Notes: a model not told the origin generated them from the letters alone. Counted from the whole stretch's first letter, positions 36,646-50,300 are shown. The stretch: 63,565 nt of DNA, filler included, from Octopus bimaculoides (GCF_001194135.2; 5 parts of 4 records of this genome joined end to end with filler, not necessarily neighbours in it); one strand, 5' to 3'. Numbers and translations are program-made.

Positions 36646-37401
36646 TCCTAGATACATATGGGGCTGAATAAAAAACAGGATGGTCATGGCTGGAAAAATT
36701 TTGATCACAATAACTGAAATTAACAATAACAACAATGACAACATTGGTTGTAAATATATATTTACTGCCAGGAAAGAGTACCGTTTGTATAGTTGTTTCA
36801 TAAAAACAATAATAATAATATCACTTAGTCACATCTTTTCGCAATGTCTTAGTCTATGTAATTATCTCATTATCTAATTAATTATAGACGTATAGACTTA
36901 TAATTATAACACAGCTAATAAGATTACGAGAGAGCATTAACCTTATTTTTAGAGATGAGCTTTATTCCAATATTTACATTTTCACTATATTTCTTCTATT
37001 GCTTTTGTCTTTGATTGTTGTCAAATGGTATCAGGAACCACCCTGAATGTGTACAAAATACCAGACTAAAATTGAAATAGTAGATGGAAACTGAAAGAAA
37101 CCTGATGTGTGTGTGTGTGTGAGAGAGAGTATATGTATATTTATACACATATACATACACACACACACACACACAGAGTCTTTGTGTGTTTGTTCCTTGC
37201 CACTGCTTGATAATTAATTGGTGTTAGTTTGTTTATGTGCCTGCATCTTAGCAATTAGGCAAAAGGGACTGATAGAATAATTACCACGCTTTAAAAAAGT
37301 AAGTACTAGGGTCACTTTGTTCAACTAAACCCTTCATGGCAATGCCCCAGCATGTCCACGATCCAGTATCTGAAACACAATTATAAATATGGTTGTCATA
37401 C

Positions 37402-37609
37402 TTAACCCTTTTGTTACCATATTTCTGCTAACACATGCTGGCTTTTTTCAAAGAATTTTGTAAAATCACTTTCTCATTATTAAGCTGGTGTCTGGAACAA
37501 ATTCGCATAAAATTTTGAGGGAAGATTATAATTTAGATCACTTTAAAACAGTGAGTGTGTGTCATAGATCCAAAGGCAGTTTCAGGCAGACTGGTATCAA
37601 AAGGGTTAA
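37402..37609. mobile_element. piggyBac-like MITE
   Basis: TTAA|CCCTTTTGTTACCA ... TGGTATCAAAAGGG|TTAA: TTAA TSD and CCC termini. Confidence 0.8.
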
Positions 37610-37946
37610 AACGTGTTGAAAACGGTATAAAGAACCAAGATGAAATGTAGAAAACTATATTTATTTCTAAATATAAATATATACATGTAACTAACAATAG
37701 GAATCCAGATTTCAGAGTCTCCAGGAATAGGACTTTACTGTTTCAGAGCACACATCAAATATATCACATTCTATCACATCTGCATCGATTTGACAGTCAA
37801 CATAGACAAACTGTTCAAGTATGTTCTTTTGAGTGATACAAAATATATGTGAATACACAACAGCATTTACTCCTTTGTGAGTATTTCACAATTATATTAG
37901 TATTTCTTCTACTTAATTACTTTATGTCTATATTGTTATATTCCAG

Positions 37947-38032
37947 GAATATGGACGGCAAACACACTATTCTGGCAACTGCTAAAGGAGTGTTTGGGTA
38001 TGACGGTGGAATTCTAGAATCAAAAGTAACAG
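37947..38032 (+). CDS. TJP1: ZO-1/TJP1-like ZU5 domain exon 1
   Basis: ttccag|G...ACAG|GTTTGT; NMDGKHTILATAKGVFGYDGGILESKVT(G), matching the ZU5 start (vertebrate ZO-1 has TVVATARGIFNSNGGVLSS). Confidence 0.92.
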
Positions 38033-38149
38033 GTTTGTTTCAACATTGTCAATTTTTTTCTTTTATCCTTACTAATATCTTTGAACATAATCATTTCTAT
38101 TTACATGTCTTCTGTTATATGGCTATCATCCATTTATCCTCCCCCTTTA

Positions 38150-38194
<45 letters not shown>

Positions 38195-38808
38195 CATCAT
38201 TTAGCATCTGCTTTCCATGTTGGCATGGGTTAGACGGTTTGACTGAAACTGGTTAAACCAGAGAGCTGTACCAGGTTACAGTCTGTAGAGTGGTTGGTGT
38301 TAAGAAGGGCATCCAGTGGTAAAAACCCTGCAAAACAGACACAGAGGCCTGGGATAGTCTTCTATCTGGCTGGCTCCTGTCAACCATCCTATTCATGCAT
38401 GCATGGAGGACGGACGTTAAATGATGATGATGATGATACATATATATATATATATATCAATATATATGATGGACTCTCCCATCGAAGGCAATATACGAGC
38501 ATTCAGCTTTTGCCAAAGGACCTACACAAACGATTGGTTTATAGTGATCAAATGTATGTACTGTGCATTAGCTCAATCCTTCCATCAGTTTGACATTGCC
38601 TGAACAGATGTACAGGGTACCATGCATCAGGTGTTGAAGTGATCACAGAGCAACATGAGATGAAGTTTGCTTAAGAACACAACACACCACCCGGTTTAGG
38701 AATTGAAACCATGATCTCGTGATCGTGAGTGTAACACCCTAACCACTTGGCCATACACACACGCATGCACAACTAATCTTAGTAATTTGTGTGAATGTTC
38801 TTTTACAG

Positions 38809-38919
38809 GGGTGAGTATCTTCATACCGAAAGGTGCTCTACCAGAAGGAGCTGATCAAGAGATTTACTTCAATGTGTGCCAAGACAACAGCATTCTCCCA
38901 CCTCTCGATAAAGAAAAAG
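38809..38919 (+). CDS. TJP1: ZO-1/TJP1-like ZU5 domain exon 2
   Basis: ttttacag|GG...AAAG|GTTGGT; VSIFIPKGALPEGADQEIYFNVCQDNSILPPLDKEK, where DNSILPPLDKEK matches ZO-1 as I recall it. Confidence 0.95.
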
Positions 38920-39454
38920 GTTGGTAACCAAAATAAAATAATATTCTTCTTTTTTTTCAACATGTTATTTATCTGGTAAATAACTTTAACTGAGACAAAG
39001 TGCTGAAAATGGAATAACAGTATTGTATGAGAAGTATTTGAAGTCATCTGAAAGAGATACAAAAACTGTTCGATTTGGTTGATGGAAACCTGAAAGAAGC
39101 CCATCGATAATGTGTGACTTTGTGTTTGTTCTCAATCACCACTTGACAACTGATGTTAGTCTGTTTACATCCCTGTAACTTAGCAGTTCAGCAAAAAGAA
39201 ACCAATTGACCAATAGAATAAGTAGCAGATTTTAAGAAATAAGTACAGGAGTTGATTTGTTCAACTAAACCCTTGCAGGCAGGGTCTTAGCATGGCTGCA
39301 ATCAAGTGAAAAATACAAAAATAAAGCTGGGTCCGAGCAGACAATGCTGAATCTCATACATAGATAGGTCCCAAATGTAGCCAAGTCACATTTCAATCTG
39401 TTAATCTCTCTCTCTCTCTCTCTCACTCTTGCTTTCTTTCTAATTATTTTACAG

Positions 39455-39598
39455 GTGAAACCCTACTGAGTCCCCTGGTGATGTGTGGTCCACATGGACT
39501 GAAATTCAATCAGCCTGTTGAACTACGTCTGCCCCATTGTGCTTCTGTTAACCCCGACAGCTGGTCCTTTGCTCTCAAATCAAGTGATTCTCCTACAG
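39455..39598 (+). CDS. TJP1: ZO-1/TJP1-like ZU5 domain exon 3
   Basis: ttttacag|GT...ACAG|GTATCA; GETLLSPLVMCGPHGLKFNQPVELRLPHCASVNPDSWSFALKSSDSPT. Confidence 0.95.
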
Positions 39599-40076
39599 GT
39601 ATCATCATCATCATCATCATTATCGTTTTGTCCTTTAGAAATGTTCTAGAATGTCTGTGTGTTTAACAGGTTCACTTGCAACCATGTGGTTCTAGGTTCA
39701 GTTCCACTGCACAGCACCATGAGCTGGTGTCTTCTACTTTAGCCCTGGGCTGACCATTACTTTGCCAATGAATTTGTTAAATGGAAACTGTGGAAGCTCA
39801 GCATGTGTGTGTTTGTTTGTTTGTCTACCCCACTGCTTGACAGTGTTGGTTTGTTTACATCCTTGTAGCTTAGCCATTTGACAAAATAGATTGATAGAGT
39901 AAGTAATGGGATCAATTTGGTGTTGTATAAGAGTCAACATGAGGGGTACCTGGCCATAAATCACTCCCTCAGAAAAGTCCTGTCCAGCCATGCCAGTCAA
40001 GAAAAATGGGCATAAAAATGGTCGTAGCACTATCCCAGGAAAGGAATTTATGAGCCAACAAGAGAACCTTTAAATA

Positions 40077-40296
40077 TTCAACCTGCTAGAGATAGCCGCT
40101 AAATCTACATCAGACCACACCCAACTTGCTTGGAAAAGAAAAAAACACATTCAACCTGCTAGAGATAACAGTCAAATCTCCCTCAAACCACACCCAGCTC
40201 TCTTGGGAAAGAAAAATAATCCATTCAACTAGCTAGAGATAACAGCCAAATTTCCCTCAAACTGGACCCAAATCTCTTGGGAAAGAAAAGAACACA
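40077..40296. repeat. Three tandem 73-74-bp units
   Basis: Each unit starts TTCAAC(C/T)(T/A)GCTAGAGATA and ends GGGAAAGAAAA..CACA/CCA. Confidence 0.85.
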
Positions 40297-40848
40297 TAGG
40301 ATAATGTCTTGACATACTCTTACAAAGACGAGATGGCCACAGCTGGAATGTCTGTCTTTCCCAATGAGACAATGGTTGTTGTAAAGTTTGAACTTACAAC
40401 AATGTGGTCAATAGTTTAGAATCTTTGCAGCAACAGCAGCTTTGCTTACATAATAAATAGATTTTAATCACTAAATAAACGATGAGTGTTGGTTTAATTT
40501 CTAAATTACTGAGTTAATTTTGGTCTCTTTAAACAAAATAGATCACATGAGTGTTGGTTTTGACTGTTTAAACTGAATAATAGATCTGGCTGATGTTGGG
40601 CTTCAGTGATTATCACAGTTGCTTGATCGTCAGAACTACTACTACAATGCTCACTGGATTGTCTAAGTGACTGAGTATTCCTTAGTCACATGCACTCTTC
40701 AGGTAGAATAGTTGTGACACAGTATATGTTATAAAGTTGCATATGTGTGACTACCAGGAATGCTTAATTCTCGAGTAACAAAAGTGATATCTCAAGGTGT
40801 ATGTGTGCGTGTATATATATATACATGCATACACACACATATATATAT

Positions 40849-41095
40849 ACAGGGTGTGATGGGTAAATTGTCACCATCTTATATTTTTAATTGCATGCGT
40901 TGTTTGTTTTTGCTTTTGTTGACTACACAGTATGGTAGGGTCAGTTGAGCACCATCTGTGAGATAAACAGCACAATTCACTCTGCCAGAAATTTGGAAAC
41001 GACATGCTGTACTGCTTGGCATTTGCACCAGAAGCTCAAATACGTGCATTTCAGAGTGTTTGGATGTCAGTCTGACAACCAAAATATATATATAT
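40849..41095 (+). mobile_element. 5' end of a Tc1/mariner-type element (maT-like), cut by gap
   Basis: TA|CAGGGTGTGATGGGTAAATTGTCACC terminus, followed by QFTLPEIWKRHAVLLGI...NTCISECLDVSLTT, which resembles a transposase HTH start. Confidence 0.5.
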
Positions 41096-41211
41096 ATATA
41101 TTTATATATATNNNNNNNNNNNNNNNNNNNNNNNNNNNNNNNNNNNNNNNNNNNNNNNNNNNNNNNNNNNNNNNNNNNNNNNNNNNNNNNNNNNNNNNNN
41201 NNNNNNNNNNN

Positions 41212-43075
41212 TTCGTTCACACGTACGTTCGTTCGTTTGTCCGTACGTTCGTACGTACGTTCGTACGTACGTTTGTTCGTTAATTCTTTCGTTCGTATGT
41301 ACGTACCTTCGTTCTTTCGTTAGATCGTTCGTTTGCACGTCGTACGTACGATTGTTCGTGCGTACGTACGTACGTTCGTTCGTTCATACGTACGTACGTT
41401 CGTTCGTTTGTCCGTACGTTCGTACGTACGTTTGTTCGTTAATTCTTTCGTTCGTACGTATTTACGTACGTACGTACGTTCGTTTTTTCTTTATTTCGTT
41501 CTTTAGTTCGTTTGTTCTTTCGTTCGTACGTACGTTCGTTCGTTACTTCGTACGTACGCATATACGTACGCACATTCGTTGGTACGCAGGTACGTATGTA
41601 CGTACGTTCGTTAGTTCTTTCGTTCTTTCGTTAGATTGTTCGTACGTACATTCGTTCGATCGTTCGTTTGTGCGTCCGTACGTACATACGTACGTACGTT
41701 CGTTCGTACGTACGTTTGTTCGTTAATTCTTTCGTTCGATCGTTCGTTCGTTCTTTCGTTCCTCTGTTCGTTCAAACGTAAGGTCGCTCGTTCGTTCGTA
41801 CGTATTTACGTTCGTTTTTCTTTATTTCGCTCTTTAGTTCGTTTGTTCTTTCTTTCGTTAGTACGAACGTACGTTCGTTCGCTCGTTCCTTCGTACGTAC
41901 GGCTGTTCGTTCGTTCGTACGTATGTACCTACATTTGTTCGTTAAATCGTTTGTTCTATCGTTCGTTCATACGTACGTACGTTAGTTCCTTCGTTGTTAC
42001 GTTCGTTCGTACGGACGTACGTTCGTTCATTCGTTAGTACGTTGGTACGAACGTACGTACGTTCCTGCGTTCGTTCGTTCGTTCGTACATACGTAATTAC
42101 GTAGTACGTTCTATCGTTCGTTCATACGTACGTATGTTAGTTCCTTCGTTCATTCGTACGGACGGACGTTCGTTCATTCGTTAGTACGTTGGTACGAACG
42201 TACGTACGTTCCTGCGTTCGTTCGTACATACGTAATTACGTACGTACGTTCTTTCGTTCGTACGTACGTTCGTACATACGTTCGCTCGTTCCTTCATATC
42301 ATTTCTTCGTATATACGTACCTTTGTTGTTTCGTTAGATCGTTCGATCCTTCGTTTGTACGTCGTACGTACGATTGTTCGTGCGAACGTACGTTCGTTGT
42401 TTCGTTCAGTCGTTCGTTCATACGTACGTAAGTTCGTTCGTTTGTCCGTACGTTCGTACGTACGTTTGTTCGTTAATTCTTTCGTTCGACGTATTTACGT
42501 ACGTACGTACGTTCGTTTTTTCTTTATTTCGTTCTTTAGTTCGTTTGTTCTTTCTTTCGTTTGTACGCACGTACATTCGTTCGTTCGTACGTACTTTCGT
42601 TCGTTCGTACGTACGTACGTACTTCAGTTCGTTCATTCGTTCGTACGTTCGTTTGTTTATTCGTTGGGTTATTCTTTCGTTCGTTCGTTCGTAGGTACGT
42701 ATGTACGTTCGTTTGTTCATTCGTCCGTCCGTACTTATCTACGTACGTACGTTCGTTCGTTAGTTCGTACGTACGCATATACGTACGTACGTTCGTTGGT
42801 ACGAAGGTACGTATGTACGTACCTTCGTTCGTTCTTTCGTTAGATTGTACGTACGTTCGTTCGTTCGAGCGTTCGTTTGTGCGTCCGAACTTACATACGT
42901 ACGTTTGTTCGTTAATTCTTTCGTTCGTTCGTTCTTTCGTTCCTCTGTTCGTTCAAACGTAAGGTCGCTCGTTCGTTCGTACGTATTTACGTTCGTTTTT
43001 TCTTTATTTCGCTCTTTAGTTCGTTTGTTCTTTCTTTCGTTTGTACGCACGTACATTCGTTCGTTCGTACGTACG
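41212..43075. repeat. Complex (TTCG/TACG)n satellite with higher-order repeats
   Basis: About 1.9 kb of mixed tetramers. Longer blocks such as TTTTCTTTATTTCG(T/C)TCTTTAGTTCGTTTGTTCTTTC recur at about 41484, 41815, 42517 and 42996. Confidence 0.9.
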
Positions 43076-43175
43076 NNNNNNNNNNNNNNNNNNNNNNNNN
43101 NNNNNNNNNNNNNNNNNNNTTAATTAATTAANNNNNNNNNNNNNNNNNNNNNNNNNNNNNNNNNNNNNNNNNNNN
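43076..43175. other. Artificial scaffold join
   Basis: 44 N + TTAATTAATTAA + 44 N. Confidence 0.9.
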
Positions 43176-43217
<42 letters not shown>

Positions 43218-43221
<4 letters not shown>

Positions 43222-43485
43222 TGGAAGTATTAATAGTTTTACTATTAAAACTGAAAGTATTATCTCACTTTACAATGTTATTATTTCGCGTAATACTGAA
43301 ATAGTGTAAGAGATAAGAGATTGCTCTGGTCTCACATTAGGCAAGAAGTTGAAAATTGTTTTGGTCCATGATACTGCATGGACCCTAAGCAAGGCATGTG
43401 TAAAATTTGAATGAAATCCGTTGGGTAGTTCTTGAGGTTTGGTGATGCACACATACAGGCAGACAGACAGACATTCTCAGTTTGT
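43218..43485 (+). mobile_element. Possible non-autonomous Helitron/Helentron-like 3' end
   Basis: AAATTTGAATGAAATCCGTTGGGTAGTTCTTGAG followed by (GACA)n near the end, an architecture common in such elements; resemblance only. Confidence 0.35.
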
Positions 43486-44448
43486 ATATATATATATATA
43501 TATATATATACTTACATATATGTGTGTGTGTATGTATTCAAAATGAGAGAGAGAGAAAGAAATAGAGAGAGATGCACACATAAACACATATACATATATA
43601 CGCGTGAGTGTGTTGCTTTTTATAGAACACTTTTATTTGGCTGCAACTCTTCTGTTTGATCTATATATGGGAACGGTTTTCATATGACTTTTCTTTTTTA
43701 GGACTTCCGACTAGAATTTTCTCCCAATGCTTTTGGTGCGGAACAATCAGATTCTTTAAAAAGAACAGTCTGTAATTGGTTATGTTGCATCACGGAGGCT
43801 GAGTTGATGCAGTGGCCGAGAAAACAGAAAGCCAAGTGGTGGTGGTAAGGAGATGTGAAAGGGAGAGAAGAGATAAGAGAGAATAAGAAAAGAAAAAAGT
43901 CAGTGGGAGAAAGAAAGTGAGAGAGAGGGAACGTTAAAGAGAGAAGTAGACGAGTTTACACAAATGCAATAATAATGAGTACATGGAATAATCAGAAAAA
44001 AAAACGGAAGGAAATTATTTTTATTTCATGTATATTTGTACTTTTATATATAAGGTTTGCTTTCTAGCAGCGCAAACTTTTAAAAGGAGTCTGGAATATA
44101 CTCATTAAAAATAATCTTTTTCTATTTTTATTTATATATTTATTTGTTAATATATGGAAGAATAGGAAGTTTAAAATGACGAGCCTATACTCTTTGATTA
44201 ACAGCAATAATATTGATTAATTTGGCATAAAACCACAGATTTGTAGTGGTGGTGGTATTGTAGTTGACTGAATCAATATGTGAAGATATATTTGATTGCA
44301 TACGTTTACGTACGTATTTGTGTATGTACGTATGTTATATATATATGTGTGTGTGTGTGTAGAAAGAGAGATAAAGATGAGAGAGGGAAGATAATTTTAA
44401 ACAAGAGAACTCAAAGTTGTATAGTATGTATACACACACGCGTGCTTT

Positions 44449-44492
<44 letters not shown>

Positions 44493-44934
44493 AAGGGGAA
44501 AACGGCAAGAGGCACAATGGAGAGAAATGTAATTCTCATGATGTTGATCAGAAAACATCTCTATCAATATGTCAGTTTATGTAATGGACAAAGGATGCAA
44601 GTTTAAAACGGAGCTCTTACAAATCCATCAGATTGCAAAGATATGCAATTACATACAAACATAAAACGAAAAGCGAGTACTGAAGGCAGTTGTATATCAT
44701 AACCTGGTGTCAATGTATTAATTTTCTCTGATGCGAGCTAATTTGTATTACTTCACCAGTGAATGAGGAACAAAAAGAAAATAAGTAGGTAAGAATAAAT
44801 AAGTCCTACGTAAGTCCAGTACTATGGTGCGAAAATGTCTCACATACAAAAATTCAAACTTTCACTTGTTAACCGTAAGATTAACGAATAGAAGTAAGGC
44901 ACAGCGTCAGCTTCTTCTCATTATATGAGGTAAA

Positions 44935-45135
44935 CGTAAGGCGGCAAGCAGGCAGAATCGTTAGGCAAAATGCTTAACAATATTTCGTCCGTCTTTACGT
45001 TCCGAGTTCGAATTCCGCCGAGGTCGACTTTGCCGTTCATCCTTTTAAGGGTTGATAAAATAAGCAACAACACTGGGTCGATGTCTCTGACTTATCCCTT
45101 CCTCCGGAATTGCTGGTCATGTGCCAAAATTTGAC
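44935..45135 (+). mobile_element. SINE family C
   Basis: GGCAGAATCGTTAG...GAGTTCGAATTCCGCCGAGGTCGACTTTGCC, with a B-box-like motif. Confidence 0.8.
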
Positions 45136-45219
45136 ACCATTATATTAGATATAAAGCAGGACATCAGTATACTCAATTTTCCAAATAAATTTCTCATGGC
45201 GTTATGATAGCAATTAATG

Positions 45220-45432
45220 GTTTCAAATATTGCCACAATGGCAGCTGTTTTGGGAGAGGGGATGTGTCGATTACATTGACCCCCAATCTTCAACTGATAA
45301 TTAATTGATCGACCCCGAAAGGATGAAAGGCAAAGTCGACCTCGGCGGAATTTGAACTCAGAACGTAGAGGCAGACGAAATACCGCTAAGCCTTTCGCCT
45401 GGCGTGCTAACGATTTTGTCAGCTCGCCGCCT
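45220..45432 (-). mobile_element. SINE family C, inverted relative to 44935
   Basis: The rc starts AGGCGGCGAGCTGACAAAATCGTTAGCACGCC. Confidence 0.8.
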
Positions 45433-45699
45433 AAGATAGCAATTAATAATAACATAATCAATAAGAATGTATGGATTATTGCCACCGTGCTCAATAACTA
45501 AAGATACTTTACATACTATTTTCAGAAAAATGTCATTCGTAAGACGTAAATCAAAACACATCTCGATGTTTATGTATTGTTTAACGTTTTATATAAATTT
45601 AGAAAAATGCTACTCTATGCATTGCAGTTTGGTTATCATTGAAATTTAATTTCTTGAGGAATAGTCGGCATTTGAAACAGTGTTTAATACTGGTTTAAA

Positions 45700-45900
45700 A
45701 TGTTGGCACTAGGCCAGAACGTTCGGAGGAAGAGGATAAATCAATTGCATTGGCCCTAGTGTTTGGCTAGTACTTATTTTAACGACCCCGAAAGGTTGAA
45801 AGCAAAATCGACCTAGGTGGAATTTGAACTCAGGTCTTACAGACGGACATGCCGCTAAACATTTTGTCCGGCGTGCTAACGACACTGCCAGCTCACCGCT
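45700..45900 (-). mobile_element. SINE family C
   Basis: CGACCCCGAAAGGTTGAAAGCAAAATCGACCTAGGTGGAATTTGAACTC block. Confidence 0.75.
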
Positions 45901-46504
45901 TTAAATAGTGTTTAATAACGTAGGCGGGTAACAATAAACAGTGTGACAACCCATCATTTCCCTTCGAGATTAGCACTGCGTTGGCATTACAAATTTCTGT
46001 GACCTACAGGAATTTACTATACTACAACAACGACTGCTGCTACTACTTTCAAGAGAGATGTCTTTTTTTTTTTGTCAGAGGTTTTAAAATATGAGAACCA
46101 TAGAAGAATACATGAAAAGCTACTCTTCTTGAGGTGGAAGCTGATATTGAGAGCGGTAACTGCATTATGGCACCCATCCCGTAGACTTTATGCTATTGGG
46201 AACTGATTTTAACAGAACATGTGATCAATTGATGCACGTGTAAACAACATACACTATCAAGTACCATCTACTTTATTGTCATGACAAGACAAATGAAAAG
46301 TAATTGCTTGCTATAACATTCCATTTTCCTTGGCCTATAAACCTGAAGTTCTAAACAGATGTATAAACATTCTCCAGGCGATTAATTCGTAGAGGGATAA
46401 ATAGAATGCCTTGTGGTATTATTTCGGCTTTCTGGGCTCTGAGGTTAACTTTTGTCTTTTATTCTTTCGGAGTTGATAAATAAAGCACTAGTTCAGTACT
46501 GGGA

Positions 46505-46553
<49 letters not shown>

Positions 46554-46999
46554 TTGGTGCTCATAATGGAGACAGATAGGCACCATCAGGTTTAGATGCC
46601 CGTGGAATGATTTATGTCACCACAACAACCTTATGGTTCCATAAGAAATTGAGAATTCAAGGGAGGAAGAATTAAACAGGATCAGTATTCTAAGCAGGGT
46701 CTTACAATAGAAATCCTGTCCCATTAAAATATTTAGAATATCATTTTATTTCCAACGATAACGCTTTAAGGAAAGCTTAAACATTGAATGGTTCTAGGTC
46801 TCTTCTCCTTTAAATATGAAACCCTGTGTACAGATGTATGAAATCAATAATCTTCTATCTAGTACATTGATGATTTGCATCGTTTTGGATGTCTTATTCG
46901 TGAGTTCACATTCTGCTTTAGACGCTGCATTCACGAGACAAATTATTCTGCTGTTTTCCGTTAGACATTTATGTATAATATTGATTTCAAATTTTGGCA

Positions 47000-47365
47000 T
47001 GGTGATGGTGGTGGTGGTGGGGCGTTGCGACGACATGAACCCCAGTGATTAACTGGTACTTAATTTATCGACCCCGAAATGATGAAAGATAAAGTCGACC
47101 TCGGAGGAATATGAACTCAGAACATAAAGACAGACGAAATGCGGCGAAGCATTTTGCCCGGCGTGCTAACGATTCTGCAAGCTTACTTTCTTACATTTAT
47201 GTATAATATTGGTTTCAAATTTTGGCTCAAGGCCAGCGATTTCTGGGGAGGGACAAATCGATTCCATCGACTCCAATGTTCAACTAGCACTTATTTTATC
47301 GACCCCGAAAGGATGAAAGGTAAAGTTGATCTCGGCGGAATTTAAACTCAGAACATAAAGACGGA
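47000..47365 (-). mobile_element. Two tandem SINE family C copies
   Basis: The TTTATCGACCCCGAAA..GATGAAAG..AAAGT..CTCGG.GGAAT..GAACTCAGAAC block appears twice (about 47065 and 47295). Confidence 0.75.
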
Positions 47366-50300
47366 CTACATTTATGCATAACACTGGTTTCAAATTTTGT
47401 CACAGGGCTAGGATTTATGTATGATATTACAACCTATCATGTAAAACGATTTTAAAAGGTAGCGATGTTAATGTAACTCTTTAAAAATAGTTGTGCTTTT
47501 GTAAACATTTATCCCTCTAACAGTAACCACGTTAAGATGCAAACGTAATGATATCAATAGAGGTCTGTCTGAGCGGTGTTGTATTTGGCATTTTATATAT
47601 CCATTTTTATACATCGATATTCATCAGTTGAGCATAGGGATCGATATAACAGACTTACGCGTCCCCCTAATTTCGTTGGCCTTGTGTCAAAATATAAAAC
47701 CATTTTATATATTTATCCACTTAGTCAGCACAAATATAAACTCACAAGAGAATAAGGGAACCTCTACAAGGTAGCTTGACCTACCAGAAACAGTAATCTC
47801 CTTTAAATTATGTCTTACCATCTTAGAAAAGGAATGGATACAATGGATCACGTAATTCTAAATCTCACTAAAATGAAGTAACTTCATAACAGGAATGCAA
47901 CTGTGAATGTTCATATATAGGTGCATACTTGGATGTGTGTATGACAAAGTTGGTGTTAATCTGTACGTGTGCACACGCCAGTTTTGGCGGTTTGTGATGT
48001 AAGAAAACTAGATTAACTGTCTACATACCAAAGTGTTATCCTTGTTGTTGTTGTTGTTATTGTTGTTGCCGCTGCACTTGTTTCTTCACTGACAAATTAA
48101 TTTCTATATTGTCTGATTAAATCTATCCTCATCATAAACGTTAAACTTCGCATGTATCTTAATTAAAATCTAGTAAATATTGCTTCGGTTAACATTTTGC
48201 CTCTTACTTTGATATTTGCTATATTCTAGCATTGCGTGGTATTCACAATGCATATGCTAGGATCTTTCAAGAGATCCATATTGTATGCTTTATTACTATA
48301 TTAACGCACCGCTTTCAGCTTTTATGAACGTCTAGGTGTTTAAGTTTGACCCAAAACTTCTGAAATCCAATACTTTAAATTAAACACTTGCAAAGTATCA
48401 ATTGCAATCGATTCAGCACCCTTTTTGTTACTGTAGAACTTAAGATGCCTTCAACTGAAAACAAATGATAAATATGTAGATTTAATTCATTTTTACCGGA
48501 TGCTACTTAATAGATTTGCTATTCTCTTTCTTTATCTCGATGCATAAAGCACGTCATACAGTAACCAAGCTTAGCTATTATTTTCCTAGTAGTCACGATC
48601 GATTGAACAAAACAGATTATTACATATGTATTATAGACATCGTAATGGTAACATAGTCCATTAAATCAAACTGAGACTTGTAAACAGGTAAGAAAGAATT
48701 TATTGTGTTCAGTTTCTACATTAGCTTAATGCTGTTAAGTAAAACTATAACACAAATAATTTAAATTAATAGATCCATATTTTCAATGTCAGGCCATAAA
48801 ACAAATTTACGTTATATTAAAGTTGTGTATCTGGAGAAAATATTTGATCAGTGCTCTTTAGGTGCTTAAGTAAGAATACTATATATTAGTGAATTCGCAT
48901 GAAGTTGTAGCACTTAAATTGTGTTTTTAGGTTTGGTTGAAAACGAAATCAAGTGTCAACTCAATTAAATTTGCAACATAATTTACCACGTCTCAGCCAT
49001 TTAGATGTTTGAAATATATCTGTTATCAGATAAATTTAATGCAAAATGATAGTGACGTCCTTGTATTCATTTCAATTGCCTTCCTTTCGGATTAACTGAT
49101 CGATATTTATTGGTTCTTCATATATGCAGTTGGATTTCTGAAAATAATCATAATTCGATAAAATAACTAGGTTTTTAAATTTAGAACTCCTTGTTTTAAA
49201 TAATGCTTTATAATATTTGCTTGCGGGTTCCACACAAGCTTAGCCCAGCCATGGATACTCAACATCAAAATTTCTACATTCCAAGAGGCTTTTTATCTGT
49301 TTTGGCATTTAGCATCAGTATGTTTTAATTCGTGTTATTAATATTTTTGTCACTTCACTTCAGATTTTCATCATTTATAGGTTCTAGTAATATTTTGTTG
49401 TTAATTGATTCTAAATCTATTTCTTTCCATTATTATGCCGACGTTTTTTTTTTATTCTTGTCTTTTATTACTGGAATGAAAGAGATGCAAATGTCTAATT
49501 CCTTTCATGTCTTTCTTTTAAAAGTGCCAGCACATTCAATACCTCATGTGGAGATAACAAATTTCTATTTTTATTTTCTCATCTAGCATCTACAACTAGA
49601 TCTTATTCACGTTTTTGCCTTGTTGAATATGTCCCTTTCTGGTCGCATGGAATGCTACTCTAGTGTCTAATCAACAATATTTTCCTCCTCTCGCTAACGT
49701 TGCTGTTTACTTTTTGTTGTTGCTGTTGTTGAATTGACACTAAATCTATTCTGACGAAACCATTCAAAAGCTTCCAAGGAAGAGAATATCAATAACGTTA
49801 AAAACTGATAAACTCCCACCAATTTCGACGCCTTCGCAATGATCAAAAGTCAATACACACAGATATCTCCACATATAATCAATCCAATTGAAATGGCTGC
49901 AGTATCTAACCTAAAAGTCAATCTAAACTCGTAGTCTGAGGCGAATCTTCTTGATTTCTCCAAGTCAACATTAAGCGTTTCTTGGATGATTGTAGGAAAA
50001 TCAACTCCTTCCATGTTTAAATATATCGATATTATCGCTAGAGACAATATTAAAACATGTGATAAGTAGTTGATAATCAATAGCTGTCTGTCTACAGTTA
50101 TCATTCTGACACCACACGCGATGATTGTAGCATCAACAACTTGTGTTGCAAAATCAGATCGTGATATGATATAGATAACATGATAAAGGTGTAAAGTGAG
50201 CAGTAACATATTCTATGGAAACTACATATTGTGAAGAAAAAAATAACTTCCCAAACGGTAACTAGAATGATCGAAAATTTAACTCATTTCTCGGAGAGAA

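Noticed and set aside
41352-43123. Many ORFs of (VRTY/RSFV)n type
   Set aside because: They are translations of the TTCG/TACG satellite.
43702-43775. Candidate ZO-1 last exon (GLPTRIFSQCFWCGTIRFFKKNSL*)
   Set aside because: No resemblance to the ZO-1 C-terminus, and it lies beyond an artificial join.
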